59,599 nucleotides of DNA from Pseudobdellovibrionaceae bacterium (GTDB lineage Bacteria > Bdellovibrionota > Bdellovibrionia > Bdellovibrionales > UBA1609), in NCBI GenBank assembly GCA_043720065.1, contig JAYSTF010000130.1, positions 1 to 59,599 of the forward strand, given 5' to 3'. A program made the translations under genes and the position numbers. Each line of letters starts with the position of its first letter. Within the stretch, counting starts at the first letter, position 1. Positions 20,025-30,079 of the stretch are shown here, piece by piece. The notes under the pieces were generated by a model, which made no database searches, had not been told where the DNA came from, and saw nothing but the letters and a program-made list of their open reading frames with translations.

Positions 20025-20978
20025 ATGACAAAAATCATTTGTTTGATCGGGCTAATGTTGAGTCAAGCTGCACCGGTTTCCGCGCAGTCGGCCCACTTTC
20101 TTGATCAATCCAAACTCGTGGCAATTGCTGATCGAGTCGTAGTGTTAGCTACCCAAGAACGTATGGACTCTTCGGCCGAAGAGACCGAGTTTTTTGACCG
20201 TATAGCCCGAATACATAAGGCGGCTGCAGAAGATAAACTCGATTTTAGAGAACAAATGGCTTTGAAGGCGATTAATTTTCTTGGTGTTCAGCCCAGTCGA
20301 ACAGGTGTCGGATATTGTTTGGGATTCGTTCTTACTCCCACGGTCATCCTAACTGCGAAGCATTGCAGCTTGGGCTTTAGATCATCCTCTGCTCCCGGAT
20401 ACGTTCTAAGATATGATCTGAAAACAAATGAGTGGAAGATTTCCAGATTCTCTCAGCAAATGATCACCATGGGTCCCATACCCAAAACTAATCATCCTAT
20501 TGGTCTATGGACCACCGGTCCTGATATTGCGCTCGTCAAAATTGATTCATCTCAGCCGGTGGATATTTTTAAGAATGAATATGATTTTCAGGTCGAGCCA
20601 CCAAAGAATGCCGATCGATGTTTCGCATTCGACTGGTACAACTTCCCACAGAATTTGAAGTCACTGAGTGTCGACAGCCCCGAATTAATGGCCGCAGTGA
20701 CGGGAGTGTGGGATCAAACCGATCGCACTTTCTTCACCCGTTATATGGGACTCGGAATGGAACTATTTGATCGTGCGGGCAACTACGAGACTACGACGAT
20801 GAAAAAGCCGGGTCACATAAAGCCCGGAAACTCGGGCGGCTCTGTTGTTTGCGTAAATGACAGCAAGAGAATTTCAATATCCGCAGTCGTTAGCTCAGGC
20901 AAACCATTTAACGAAAAATATGTCGGCCTGAGCCTCATTAATGCGCAGGTTCAAGCTTGGATCCAACAGAATTTATAG
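20025..20978 (+). CDS. Secreted trypsin-like serine protease
   Basis: Signal peptide; LTAKHC, DIAL and GNSGGS catalytic-triad motifs. Confidence 0.85.
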   Translation: MTKIICLIGLMLSQAAPVSAQSAHFLDQSKLVAIADRVVVLATQERMDSSAEETEFFDRIARIHKAAAEDKLDFREQMALKAINFLGVQPSRTGVGYCLGFVLTPTVILTAKHCSLGFRSSSAPGYVLRYDLKTNEWKISRFSQQMITMGPIPKTNHPIGLWTTGPDIALVKIDSSQPVDIFKNEYDFQVEPPKNADRCFAFDWYNFPQNLKSLSVDSPELMAAVTGVWDQTDRTFFTRYMGLGMELFDRAGNYETTTMKKPGHIKPGNSGGSVVCVNDSKRISISAVVSSGKPFNEKYVGLSLINAQVQAWIQQNL

Positions 20979-21098
20979 TAGACCGGCCAAAACCATCGGC
21001 CAATGTATCTGGGTTGCTCATGCCGGTCGTAGGATCAAATTGGGCCCTTACCTTGCATAATTGAAGGCAAAACTGCCCGTAGGCGAAAGAGGTCGACG

Positions 21099-22385
21099 TT
21101 GATTCGCTCTGAGCGAAATTTTTGGTGCCGCTTTTTGGCGTTGGCGATTGTCTTGGCCGGCTTTTGTCATGGACTCAGCGCTTCGGCAAAGGACAGACGC
21201 TTCGAAACTATCGACCTCGAATGCGCCAAATTATTGGGCGCGGAACCTGAAGTCATAGCCTTAGACAGCAGTATTCAGATCCTTAAAAACGAAGACGTAA
21301 GAAAAAGGGTCTTTGCTAAGGTCAATTCAACCAAATTCAAAGTGATGGGCGACTTTTCGGATCCCATATTTCTTAGCACGATTGAACAGATGCAGACAGA
21401 GTTGGCGAACGTCGACGACCGCTTGAAAAAGGCTGGATATTCGTGGCTTTTTCGCAAGACTCTGAGCCCGTATAAGGCGCTACTCACTACAGCCCTATTG
21501 CTTCACCGTTTGAACCCGAGTTACCATGGTACTTTGTCCGTAGGACTGAAATTCACTGCATTCATGAGCCTAGTAAGTTTTCTCGAAAAAGGAATTGGCG
21601 AAGACATTTGGGCATTGACCAAACCGGCAAGCTGGACCGAGCCTGCGTTCAATGAGGCATTCAGTTTGATCCTAATTTCGTTTCTCAATGCCTCTTTTGC
21701 GAACCACAATGTACAGGCTGCGATTGAATTCTCGGCAAGCACTGGAATATTATTTCTGCCGACTTTAGCACCGCTTAGTGAAGCGCACTTCAATCGTCTG
21801 TGGGCTCGCCGCATATTTCCGATTGGGCTTGCAGCTCGGCCGGTAAACTTCGATGGGCAAATAGCCGTGCTGCGATATCCCAAGCACGATTTCGACCACG
21901 CAATATTTATGTTTAATAGCAATTCAGCCGATCTCGACCTATTCTCAGGCGCTGGCCAATTTATTAAGTTAAATTGGACCCATCGCTTTATACCCCATCG
22001 CGACTTAGTCCAATTTAAAACCCAAACGCAGAGTGCCGAGATATTAGATCTCCCCATATTAAATGAGCTCGAGCGTTTCCGGATGGATGAATTAGTTGTG
22101 CCAGAATCCGGGATATCTCGTGATATGATTGAGGAAGCATTTTTTAGCATTCGCCATGAGAATTATAAGTTACCCGGAAGCTCCAGATTTATGGCCGCTG
22201 CAATCTCTAACGTTCAAGAATTTTTCAAAAATGAAGATAGTTGGAACATCGAAAAGAACAGGTGGCGAATCGCGCAAATGTGGCTCTATCTTCGATGGGC
22301 GCGCTCCATTCCGGAACTAAAGGCGGCCATTATTCCTTCCGAAGTCGAAGAACGAAAACTTCGCGAATTCGGATTAACTTTTTAA
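21099..22385 (+). CDS. Secreted hypothetical protein
   Basis: 428-aa ORF, signal peptide ending ASA, HDFDHA motif. Confidence 0.65.
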   Translation: MIRSERNFWCRFLALAIVLAGFCHGLSASAKDRRFETIDLECAKLLGAEPEVIALDSSIQILKNEDVRKRVFAKVNSTKFKVMGDFSDPIFLSTIEQMQTELANVDDRLKKAGYSWLFRKTLSPYKALLTTALLLHRLNPSYHGTLSVGLKFTAFMSLVSFLEKGIGEDIWALTKPASWTEPAFNEAFSLILISFLNASFANHNVQAAIEFSASTGILFLPTLAPLSEAHFNRLWARRIFPIGLAARPVNFDGQIAVLRYPKHDFDHAIFMFNSNSADLDLFSGAGQFIKLNWTHRFIPHRDLVQFKTQTQSAEILDLPILNELERFRMDELVVPESGISRDMIEEAFFSIRHENYKLPGSSRFMAAAISNVQEFFKNEDSWNIEKNRWRIAQMWLYLRWARSIPELKAAIIPSEVEERKLREFGLTF

Positions 22386-22747
22386 GGCGTTTAATTACCT
22401 TTTGGATGCCGGGAATTACCTGCGGACGTCGCGGGTAGGCTTGAGGCAATCAATCGCGATAATGCTTTTAATTGTGTTTCACACAGCTCAATTGGACCGA
22501 TATTAATTGGCGCGCATTTTTTCTTCCTTATACTTTTTCTTGACCGACTTTCGCGCATCCCAATTCGGGCGCTGTTCAATTTAATTTTGAATTTTTCATT
22601 GAAAGCGATTCTGCATTCGAATTGACCGTTATACTAACGTTTAAGCTTAACAGCGAGCCCCGCAATGTCAGGCTCGGTGGTATTGAGAAATTCATACCCA
22701 AAAGCGTGTGATAGATTCTCTGTTCAAATCCGCGAAGGGGGAATCTT

Positions 22748-23635
22748 ATGTCTTCAATGCTTGATAAAAACCAGCTCGAGCTTCATGAGCGCGCGCTCCA
22801 GTTAAGTCGGGAATTCCGCCGAAAGGAAAGTGAGCTCATATTGATCATAGGCGAAATTGATCAACAAAAGTTTTTCAAACGACTGGGCTATGCTAGTCTG
22901 TTTACTTATGCCGTTGGCGCGTTGGGATTAAGTGAGGCCAATTCTTACGCATTTATTGCTGTAGCTCGCAAGAGTCGTGAAATCCCGGAGTTGAAGATCG
23001 CTGTGATTGAGCAAAAAATCACAGTCGCTAAGGCTAGTCGAATCGTGGCCGCGATTACTAAGGAGAATGCACCCGATCTAGTTAAATTTGCAGCGGCGCA
23101 CACTACCCGCCAAACTGAAGTTGAGGTGGCGCGTCTTCAGCCAAGCGCTGCGGCTTCGGATAGAATTAGGTTTAAGGGAGAGGATCTTGTTCAACTTGAA
23201 TGCGGAATCACAAAAGGCACTCTTGAAAAACTTGATCGTGTAAAGTCAATATTAGCGGCTAAGGGTCGGTTTAGCCTGGATAAAGTTCTATCGGAGGTTC
23301 TGGACGATTACTTACAGCGGCATGATCCAGTTAGAAAGGCGGAGCGTGTCCTTGCGAAAAATCAAAAAACCAAAAAATTCTGCGCGCTCAGAGTTCGGCC
23401 GGGATCGAAACGAGCACCGCTTCCCGCTCGCACCAAACATCAGGTTCACGCACGAGATCGAGGTCGATGCACTCATACTAATGGAAAAGGCGGTCGTTGC
23501 ACGAATGACCGATGGCTTGAACTTCATCATATCCAGCCTGTTAGCAGAGGGGGCGGCAATGAGGTCGAAAACCTAACGACGCTCTGTGGTTTTCATCATG
23601 ATTTGGTTCACCAGTTGAGTTTGCCGCTGCTTTGA
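22748..23635 (+). CDS. HNH endonuclease with DUF222-like N-terminus, copy 2 (295 aa)
   Basis: Same length as copy 1; about 36 aa differences by manual count (~88% identical); HNH motifs intact. Confidence 0.9.
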   Translation: MSSMLDKNQLELHERALQLSREFRRKESELILIIGEIDQQKFFKRLGYASLFTYAVGALGLSEANSYAFIAVARKSREIPELKIAVIEQKITVAKASRIVAAITKENAPDLVKFAAAHTTRQTEVEVARLQPSAAASDRIRFKGEDLVQLECGITKGTLEKLDRVKSILAAKGRFSLDKVLSEVLDDYLQRHDPVRKAERVLAKNQKTKKFCALRVRPGSKRAPLPARTKHQVHARDRGRCTHTNGKGGRCTNDRWLELHHIQPVSRGGGNEVENLTTLCGFHHDLVHQLSLPLL

Positions 23636-23798
23636 GGGGCGAGGATCACCCGTAGGCAACTGAGCAGATGTGATGAGCCGCGTGGAACCTCGCCCTTGCG
23701 AGTGATCCCGAACCGGGCGCCCGCGGGGCGCGCCGAGTGACTCAATTCGCCTCGTCTTTTACCCCGAGCTGGGTCTCGCAATTGCAAAGACAATCCTC

Positions 23799-24590
23799 AT
23801 GAAGATCGTCGCTACAATCCTCACGCTACTGTTTAGCTTTAATTCAAACGCTCAGAGCGTTTCAGCTCAAAACAGCAATCACTCCATTTTAGGTTTAATG
23901 GCCTGCCAAGCGGCGCTTTCTCGCTCTCACGATGTTTTCGATATCGGCCGGCTTGAAGCCATGAAAGTTCAGGCGGAGCCGGATTCAACCACATTTCTTT
24001 ATCCAACTGGTTTGATTGCAAGTTCGATGGGGGAAGTCGTGGAGCTGCGCGGGCCACATTACGTCCACCCCACCGGGTTTTATAAATCTTCGATGGGATT
24101 GAGCGCCAAGGACTTTCTCGTCGAAATGCTTGGGCAAAAGCCGAGAGGCCTTGGTCAACGCATCTTGATCGCTCATAGTGGCGGCGGCGCATTGGCCAAA
24201 GGACTTAGGGAGCGAGGCTATTTGGCATTTAGTGCTGAAACCTCCGTCTCCCTCGAGCAAGCACAGTCGGGAAATTACCTACTCGCAGAGCCCACTTGGT
24301 CGATAGCCAAAGACCTCTCATTTGACATCATCATCGCCTGGTATGGCCCCGTGAATCGCATCCTTGATATGGGTGCCACCGAATTGACCCAGATACTCAA
24401 CGAATATGAGCGAATTCTTTATCCCGGATCCAAAGTGATTATTGGTCCATTTCCCACCGACGAAGCCTCACAAGTTGAAAACAGAATTAAGTTATTTCCC
24501 CGCTGGAAAGTGAAGCCCTCACGGGAATTCAAAACCGGCCAAGACAAATTAAAGGTCGTTGAACTTGTTTCTCCCTTAAGTCCCCGTTAA
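23799..24590 (+). CDS. Signal-peptide-bearing protein with a degenerate class I SAM-methyltransferase fold
   Basis: RILIAHSGGGALAKGL, SFDIII, EYERILYPGSKVII. Confidence 0.6.
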   Translation: MKIVATILTLLFSFNSNAQSVSAQNSNHSILGLMACQAALSRSHDVFDIGRLEAMKVQAEPDSTTFLYPTGLIASSMGEVVELRGPHYVHPTGFYKSSMGLSAKDFLVEMLGQKPRGLGQRILIAHSGGGALAKGLRERGYLAFSAETSVSLEQAQSGNYLLAEPTWSIAKDLSFDIIIAWYGPVNRILDMGATELTQILNEYERILYPGSKVIIGPFPTDEASQVENRIKLFPRWKVKPSREFKTGQDKLKVVELVSPLSPR

Positions 24591-24682
24591 TACTGGCCAG
24601 GGCACCAGCGCCAATTTGCGGCACCGCCACACAAAACTTTCAACGAATTCACCTTCTTAAGGCGTAGAACACCCCTCCCCAC

Positions 24683-24697
24683 TGGCACCCCACTTGC
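24683..24697 (+). promoter_or_regulatory. Sigma54 promoter for the glt-like operon
   Basis: TGGCAC-CCCAC-TTGC. Confidence 0.75.
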
Positions 24698-24743
24698 CTA
24701 TTGCATTGGAGTTGGGCGGACTTTTGTCCTCTCCAAACCAGAG

Positions 24744-27692
24744 GTGTTGGTTGTGAACGTTTCATGTATTGCGATGACATTGGCGTTAAGTTTCGCTCTG
24801 CCGGCTGCGGCTGAGCGCATGAACGTCAATACTCATTCGATCGTTATCAACAAGCTTGAAGGTGCCTTAAGTGGGTTACCGGCAAAGACTACTGAGCACC
24901 GCTCGATTGCCGTACGCCTAGCGGACCTTTACGCCGATCGCGCCCGTTTACTTTTACTAGCCAAACAAGAGCCTAAAAAAGACCGGCAGCGAGCAATTGT
25001 TCTTTACGCTCAAGTCGTAGATCAGCTTGATACGGCGGCACAAGGTCCAGTTTTATTGCAACTCGCTCATTTACAAAATCAAAATGGTGAAATTTCTAAG
25101 GCAATTAAGAACTTGGATCGCGCAACAACGAAAAAATATGCCCAAGACATTTCAGCCCGTGCCAATGCACAGCTGGGCGAAATTCGCTTTCGAAAAGCCG
25201 AGTTTTCAGTCGCTGAAGGCCACTTCAAAAAAGCTCTACAAAACGAAACTATCCAAAACCGCGGCTTCATCACTTACCGATTAGCCTGGGCTCAATTAAA
25301 CCAAGGCAAATCGCAAGTCGCGACAGCCACATTAATTCATCTTTTAAAAACTCCTGATCTTTTGACTGTTGAAAATCAAGAAGGCGTCGTTTTCGACGAC
25401 TCCTTCCATGAAGATATCACTCGTGATCTCGTTGTCTTTTTGGCTCGTGGAAACGTCAGCGATAACGAACTCGAGACTCTTCTAGAGTTAACTCCAGAAA
25501 AAATGCGTAAAGAAAACCTTTACGCCTTTGCCAATGAGCTAGAGCGCCTTGGCAAGAAGTATTCGGCAACACTTGCTTGGCGCGCTTATTACGGAGAAGG
25601 TGGCACGACGCCATACGAAGCTTTAGAAACTCAAGTGCGCGTGGCCCAACTTCAATGGGATATGGGCCGAAAATCAGAAGCGCTTGAAGAATATGGCCAA
25701 GCGTCTGAGTTGTGGCGCAAAAAAGGTTGCACGGATGACGTGAAATGTCCTGAACTCGCCAAGCGCTTCAAAAACTTCGTCACAACCTGGAATCGCGTTG
25801 AAAAGGACAAACCTTCTTCAAACTGTTTAGCTGCTTATAAGTACTACCTCAATGTTTTCGATCAAGATCCAGAGATGTATTATAAGGCGGCTACGGTTGC
25901 TTACTTAAATAAGAATCATAAAGAGGCTGCAGCTCTTTTTGCCAAGTCCGCCATTGTCGCAGCCGAACTTGTTCGCCAAGGACAATCCGTTAACAAAGAA
26001 CTCCTTGAAGCATCCTTAATGCAACAGATCGAATCGGCAGAATTGACCAAAGATAAGACCGCCCGCCTTAGCGCCTACAACACTTATTTAGAGCTGAATC
26101 CAAAAGGTACTAAATCCGTTGAAGTGCACTATCAGAAAGCTCATGTGATTTACGAAATGGGCCAGCATGATCAGGCCTTTGCCCAATTTAAAGAAATCGC
26201 TTTTGAAAACCCCAATGATCAGCGTGCTCTTCGTGTTAAAGCTGCGGACTTGGCCCTTGATTGCTTAGCTGCAATGAAGAAGGATCAAGATATCTTCGAA
26301 TGGGCGCCCAAGTTTTCCAAAGCCTATCCAGAACGACTGGCAGAATACGCAAAATTGCAGCGTCAGGCTGTTATTCTCATGGCAACACGAATTCTTGATA
26401 AAAAGGATGCGAGCCAAAGCGAACTTCGCCAAGAACTCGATAAACTTAAAGTAATGGATACGAAAATCGCGTCAAAGGACGAGCAAGTCCTCATCTTTAA
26501 GAACCGCGTCGCGATTGGCGTTCGCTTGCAGGAGCTCGATGAAATCAATACTGCAAGTCACGCGATGCTCACAATCAAAGGTTTGAGCAACAACGACAAA
26601 GACTTGAGCCTTCGTAACCTGGCCTGGGTTGCTGAACTTAAACTCGATTTCAAATCCGCAATCAAATTTACTCGCCAAATGAAAGACGACAAACTTGCCA
26701 AAGACGATGGTCACTTACGTTTGGCGATGTTAACGGAGTTAGCTGGCCAAGACGCGACGAAAGAATATCACAAAGCGCTAAAGGCCACGAACTCAAAAGA
26801 TAAGGCGATGAGCATACGCGCGACACTTGTCCGCCGTGCGAGCCGGCCTTGGCCTGTGCTAGAAGAGCACGCCCCACAGCTCTCACGAAATTCTCAATTG
26901 ATCTCAACCTTGCTCCTTGAAGTTTACGGCAAACAGGGCAATGACAGCAAAGCCAAGTCATTCATTAAGCGCTATGGTTTAAAGAAATCTTCACTCGCTA
27001 AGCTCTTCAGTCGCCAAGATTTCTTTGCCGCTTGGAAGATCGAAGATCGCAAACTGGGCCAACATAAACTCTACGTTCGCTCCGATGCTCTATTGCAAAA
27101 AACTTTGACCGAGCGAATCGCAAAACTTAACCGTCTTGATTACTTAGGGCGTGAAGCCTTACAAATGGCCGACTGGGCCGCGCAGCTTGCGGTTCTTACA
27201 ACTGTTTCGCGCGAAAACAGACGACTCTACGATGATCTTTTAAAACTCCCAGCTCCTCATAGCCTTAAGAAAGATCAGCGCCAACAGTACTTGAGCCTAT
27301 TAAAAGCTAAAGCCGAACCCTTTAAAATTCGCGCCCAAGAAGCAAGCCAGAAACTCAAAGAGTTCCATGACAATGACACCGCGGTCGAGGAAATGGTCTT
27401 CGCCCTTAAAAATTCCCAGGGCAAGGTTCGCGACTTGCTAGCAAAAGACGTAAAAGTAATTTCACGACTTGCCTCTAATTCGCAAAGACGGCAGCTTGAA
27501 AATGCAACTGAGGCTGAACGTAGCAGCCCTTCCACTTTAGATATCGCCCGCGCCAAATCGCGTTTAGCAAACGACCCGTTTGATACGAGCGTGGCGCAAG
27601 ACCTTAAGAATATGGCCGATCGCCGCGGCGACACTACAATGGTGGCATTTCTCGACGCGCGCATTCAACAGTTGAAAAAAGGAGTCCAATAA
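24744..27692 (+). CDS. Large secreted TPR protein (GltD/AgmU-like gliding component)
   Basis: Signal peptide, RLADLYADRAR, many TPR-like helices; context with GltG-like and OM-barrel genes. Confidence 0.7.
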   Translation: MLVVNVSCIAMTLALSFALPAAAERMNVNTHSIVINKLEGALSGLPAKTTEHRSIAVRLADLYADRARLLLLAKQEPKKDRQRAIVLYAQVVDQLDTAAQGPVLLQLAHLQNQNGEISKAIKNLDRATTKKYAQDISARANAQLGEIRFRKAEFSVAEGHFKKALQNETIQNRGFITYRLAWAQLNQGKSQVATATLIHLLKTPDLLTVENQEGVVFDDSFHEDITRDLVVFLARGNVSDNELETLLELTPEKMRKENLYAFANELERLGKKYSATLAWRAYYGEGGTTPYEALETQVRVAQLQWDMGRKSEALEEYGQASELWRKKGCTDDVKCPELAKRFKNFVTTWNRVEKDKPSSNCLAAYKYYLNVFDQDPEMYYKAATVAYLNKNHKEAAALFAKSAIVAAELVRQGQSVNKELLEASLMQQIESAELTKDKTARLSAYNTYLELNPKGTKSVEVHYQKAHVIYEMGQHDQAFAQFKEIAFENPNDQRALRVKAADLALDCLAAMKKDQDIFEWAPKFSKAYPERLAEYAKLQRQAVILMATRILDKKDASQSELRQELDKLKVMDTKIASKDEQVLIFKNRVAIGVRLQELDEINTASHAMLTIKGLSNNDKDLSLRNLAWVAELKLDFKSAIKFTRQMKDDKLAKDDGHLRLAMLTELAGQDATKEYHKALKATNSKDKAMSIRATLVRRASRPWPVLEEHAPQLSRNSQLISTLLLEVYGKQGNDSKAKSFIKRYGLKKSSLAKLFSRQDFFAAWKIEDRKLGQHKLYVRSDALLQKTLTERIAKLNRLDYLGREALQMADWAAQLAVLTTVSRENRRLYDDLLKLPAPHSLKKDQRQQYLSLLKAKAEPFKIRAQEASQKLKEFHDNDTAVEEMVFALKNSQGKVRDLLAKDVKVISRLASNSQRRQLENATEAERSSPSTLDIARAKSRLANDPFDTSVAQDLKNMADRRGDTTMVAFLDARIQQLKKGVQ

Positions 27693-27949
27693 TGACGCGA
27701 ATTTTTATTTCGCTCATTCTGATTCTTAGCTCAGGGTTGGCATTTGCCGGCTCTACGAAAGTCAAACCGAGCGATCGGTCGAGCTCTCTTCGTACAGACT
27801 TCACCTTTACCGCGAGCGATGTTGGTGGAAAATACCAAACTCCCGGCGAAGCGATTACCACGGTAGAAAACGAAAAAGCCTTGATGGACCTCATACAACC
27901 CCGACGGGAATTCAAGGACCGATTACGTAAATCGGTGACGCAAAGGTAG
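27692..27949 (+). CDS. Small secreted protein (GltF-like)
   Basis: TDFTF..VGGKYQTP..LIQPRREFKDRL; sits between the TPR and GltG-like genes. Confidence 0.6.
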   Translation: MTRIFISLILILSSGLAFAGSTKVKPSDRSSSLRTDFTFTASDVGGKYQTPGEAITTVENEKALMDLIQPRREFKDRLRKSVTQR

Positions 27950-27950
27950 G

Positions 27951-29150
27951 ATGATTATGAAAAGTGCATTGGTCATTGAAAACACAAAGGGACAGGTCGT
28001 TCGGACCATTCAGTGGAATGAGTCGGACGTTGTTGTCTACCTCAATCACTTTACGGGCCGTATTGATCTTGCAAATAATCTCAAAGACCTCGAAGACGTC
28101 GATTTCCATTACACTGTATTAGGTGAATTGACGCGCCAACAACTAGAGGCCGAGGGCTTCTCATTAAATGGACGTGGTCATTTGAAACTAGTGACTGAGT
28201 TCGATAAACTCGCCAGTCTAGTTAAATTAGAGAACGACAGTCCAGAAGAGATGAAGGTCATCAGCAAATGGACCGCGATTTCACACGGCATCTTGGTTCT
28301 CCTTATGTTGATCGGCAGTTTCATACTCGGAAAATTACAGCCCGAAGAGCCGCCCATCGTTACCGTTTTCCACCAAAACGAAATTCTCCAGGAAAAACGA
28401 CCGACTGTAAAAATGGCGGAGAAGAAAATTGAACGCCAAACTTTTAAAGCTAAAGTTTCTAACCGCACAGTTAAGCCAAAGACGATAAATGTCGCGCGCA
28501 AAACTCCTTCTAAAGTTCGCTCACAGGTTTCCATCAGCAAAGTTGGCGCTCTTGGCGCACTTGGTGGAATGAAAAACGGCCTTAAAGGAAGTGCGGGCTT
28601 TAATGTGAACGCAACGAACGCATCACTTGGAACAAGTGTAAAAGAGATGGGTAAAGGCGGAGCTGGTGGTTTCGAACGTGCCGCTCACGGCCCAGGCCTT
28701 ATCTCAGGACCCGTTGGAACTGGCGGAGCTAAGGGCACTGGCGGATACGCGACTCGCGGATCTGGTGGCGGCCGACCTGGTTACGGCAATATGTCGATGG
28801 TTGGTGGCTCGGAGGGTTACTTCTTGCCTCTTGAAGAAGAAGCTCTAATTGAAGGCGGATTAGATAAAGATCAAATCGCAGCAGTTGTGCAACGTCATCT
28901 TGGTGAAGTCATCTATTGCTACGAAAAAGGCCTTCAAGTTGAAAAGTCGCTCGCTGGACGAGTCAACATGAACTGGGTCATCGGTGCCGGCGGCCAGGTG
29001 TCAACCGCACGTGTTCAACAATCAAGTTTAAAATCGTCTTCGGTCGAAGGTTGCATCTTAAGCAAGCTTCGTAACTGGAGATTCCCGAAACCGATCGGTG
29101 GCGTGAACGTTAAAGTCACTTATCCATTCCTGCTTAGACGGGTTGGATAA
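27951..29150 (+). CDS. AgmX/PglI C-terminal (TonB-C-like) protein, GltG-like
   Basis: Single TM, Gly-rich linker, GGLDKDQIAAVVQRH..YCYE..WRFPKPIGG..VTYPF. Confidence 0.85.
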   Translation: MIMKSALVIENTKGQVVRTIQWNESDVVVYLNHFTGRIDLANNLKDLEDVDFHYTVLGELTRQQLEAEGFSLNGRGHLKLVTEFDKLASLVKLENDSPEEMKVISKWTAISHGILVLLMLIGSFILGKLQPEEPPIVTVFHQNEILQEKRPTVKMAEKKIERQTFKAKVSNRTVKPKTINVARKTPSKVRSQVSISKVGALGALGGMKNGLKGSAGFNVNATNASLGTSVKEMGKGGAGGFERAAHGPGLISGPVGTGGAKGTGGYATRGSGGGRPGYGNMSMVGGSEGYFLPLEEEALIEGGLDKDQIAAVVQRHLGEVIYCYEKGLQVEKSLAGRVNMNWVIGAGGQVSTARVQQSSLKSSSVEGCILSKLRNWRFPKPIGGVNVKVTYPFLLRRVG

Positions 29151-30079
29151 TGAGGAGAATAAATATGGGCAAACTAACTCTTAAATGGACAGGCCTCTTC
29201 GCTGCCGCTCTTGTTGCGGTTGCTTGTGACCGTCAATCAGATCCAATGAAAGATTATCCTGAGTTGGCTCGCGATGTACCGGTTGCCCAGGCAAAAGAAA
29301 ATGACCAGACTTTCGACGGGCTACTCTTTGACATTCGAGTGCAAGGTAAACGAGGCAACATCTCTGAGCTTCAGTTTGAAGAAGGCAAAGAGACGACCTA
29401 CACTGTCCTTGTTCGCGGATTCATGAAAGGCCTCGACTATAAATTAGTGCCCCATGATTTCCCCAAAGACGGTCCTCGCTTAGAGTCGACCTCACGCAAA
29501 GACACTTATTTAATTAAGTGGGCTCCCGCCAAAGGTGCTATCCCCAAAGGACTCACCAGCCAATCCGTAGAAGTAAAATTGGAGTTTGCAATTGATTCGA
29601 ACTCTTCAGCAGCGGCTCGGGTGGCGTTTGAGCGAGATAAACGCGATCGATTGACGAACTACACTTTGACAGTCAGTCTTCCCGACTCTGAGCCTACAAT
29701 CAAAGTAGTGGGCCTCGACAAAACAGAATACAAGAAATATGATGTTGTCGATTTCACCGTCGAAGTCACTGACGTTAACGCTTCCAAGGCTCGCCAGCCG
29801 CGCGTTTCCATCGATGCCGTTCGTAACGAATCTAATGAAGTAAAGACCTATCCCCTAGTTGCACTTTTCGATCACGCAAAGGGTGCACGCTTTGAAAACA
29901 ACAAATGGATTTTCCCCTTCAAGCTGGACACTTCCTTCGTGAAGGAAGAGTACATCCGCCCGAACTCAGGCTACGCAACTGGTGAGTTCTTAGTTTACGT
30001 CGTAAACCCAGCAAGTCGAAAAGACGCTGAGCTTAAAAAACGCATTAAAGTCGTTCCGCCCCAAGGAGCAGTACAATGA
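29150..30079 (+). CDS. Lipoprotein, beta-rich (Ig-like), in the gliding operon
   Basis: Lipobox AVAC; overlaps both neighbours. Confidence 0.7.
   Translation: MRRINMGKLTLKWTGLFAAALVAVACDRQSDPMKDYPELARDVPVAQAKENDQTFDGLLFDIRVQGKRGNISELQFEEGKETTYTVLVRGFMKGLDYKLVPHDFPKDGPRLESTSRKDTYLIKWAPAKGAIPKGLTSQSVEVKLEFAIDSNSSAAARVAFERDKRDRLTNYTLTVSLPDSEPTIKVVGLDKTEYKKYDVVDFTVEVTDVNASKARQPRVSIDAVRNESNEVKTYPLVALFDHAKGARFENNKWIFPFKLDTSFVKEEYIRPNSGYATGEFLVYVVNPASRKDAELKKRIKVVPPQGAVQ

Noticed and set aside
17499..23635. HNH proteins as IscB/Cas9-like RNA-guided nucleases
   Set aside because: No PLMP or split RuvC motifs; the HNH is C-terminal after a helical domain.
16636..24680. Classical integron array
   Set aside because: No IntI, and no RYYYAAC...GTTRRRY attC pattern recognised at gene ends.
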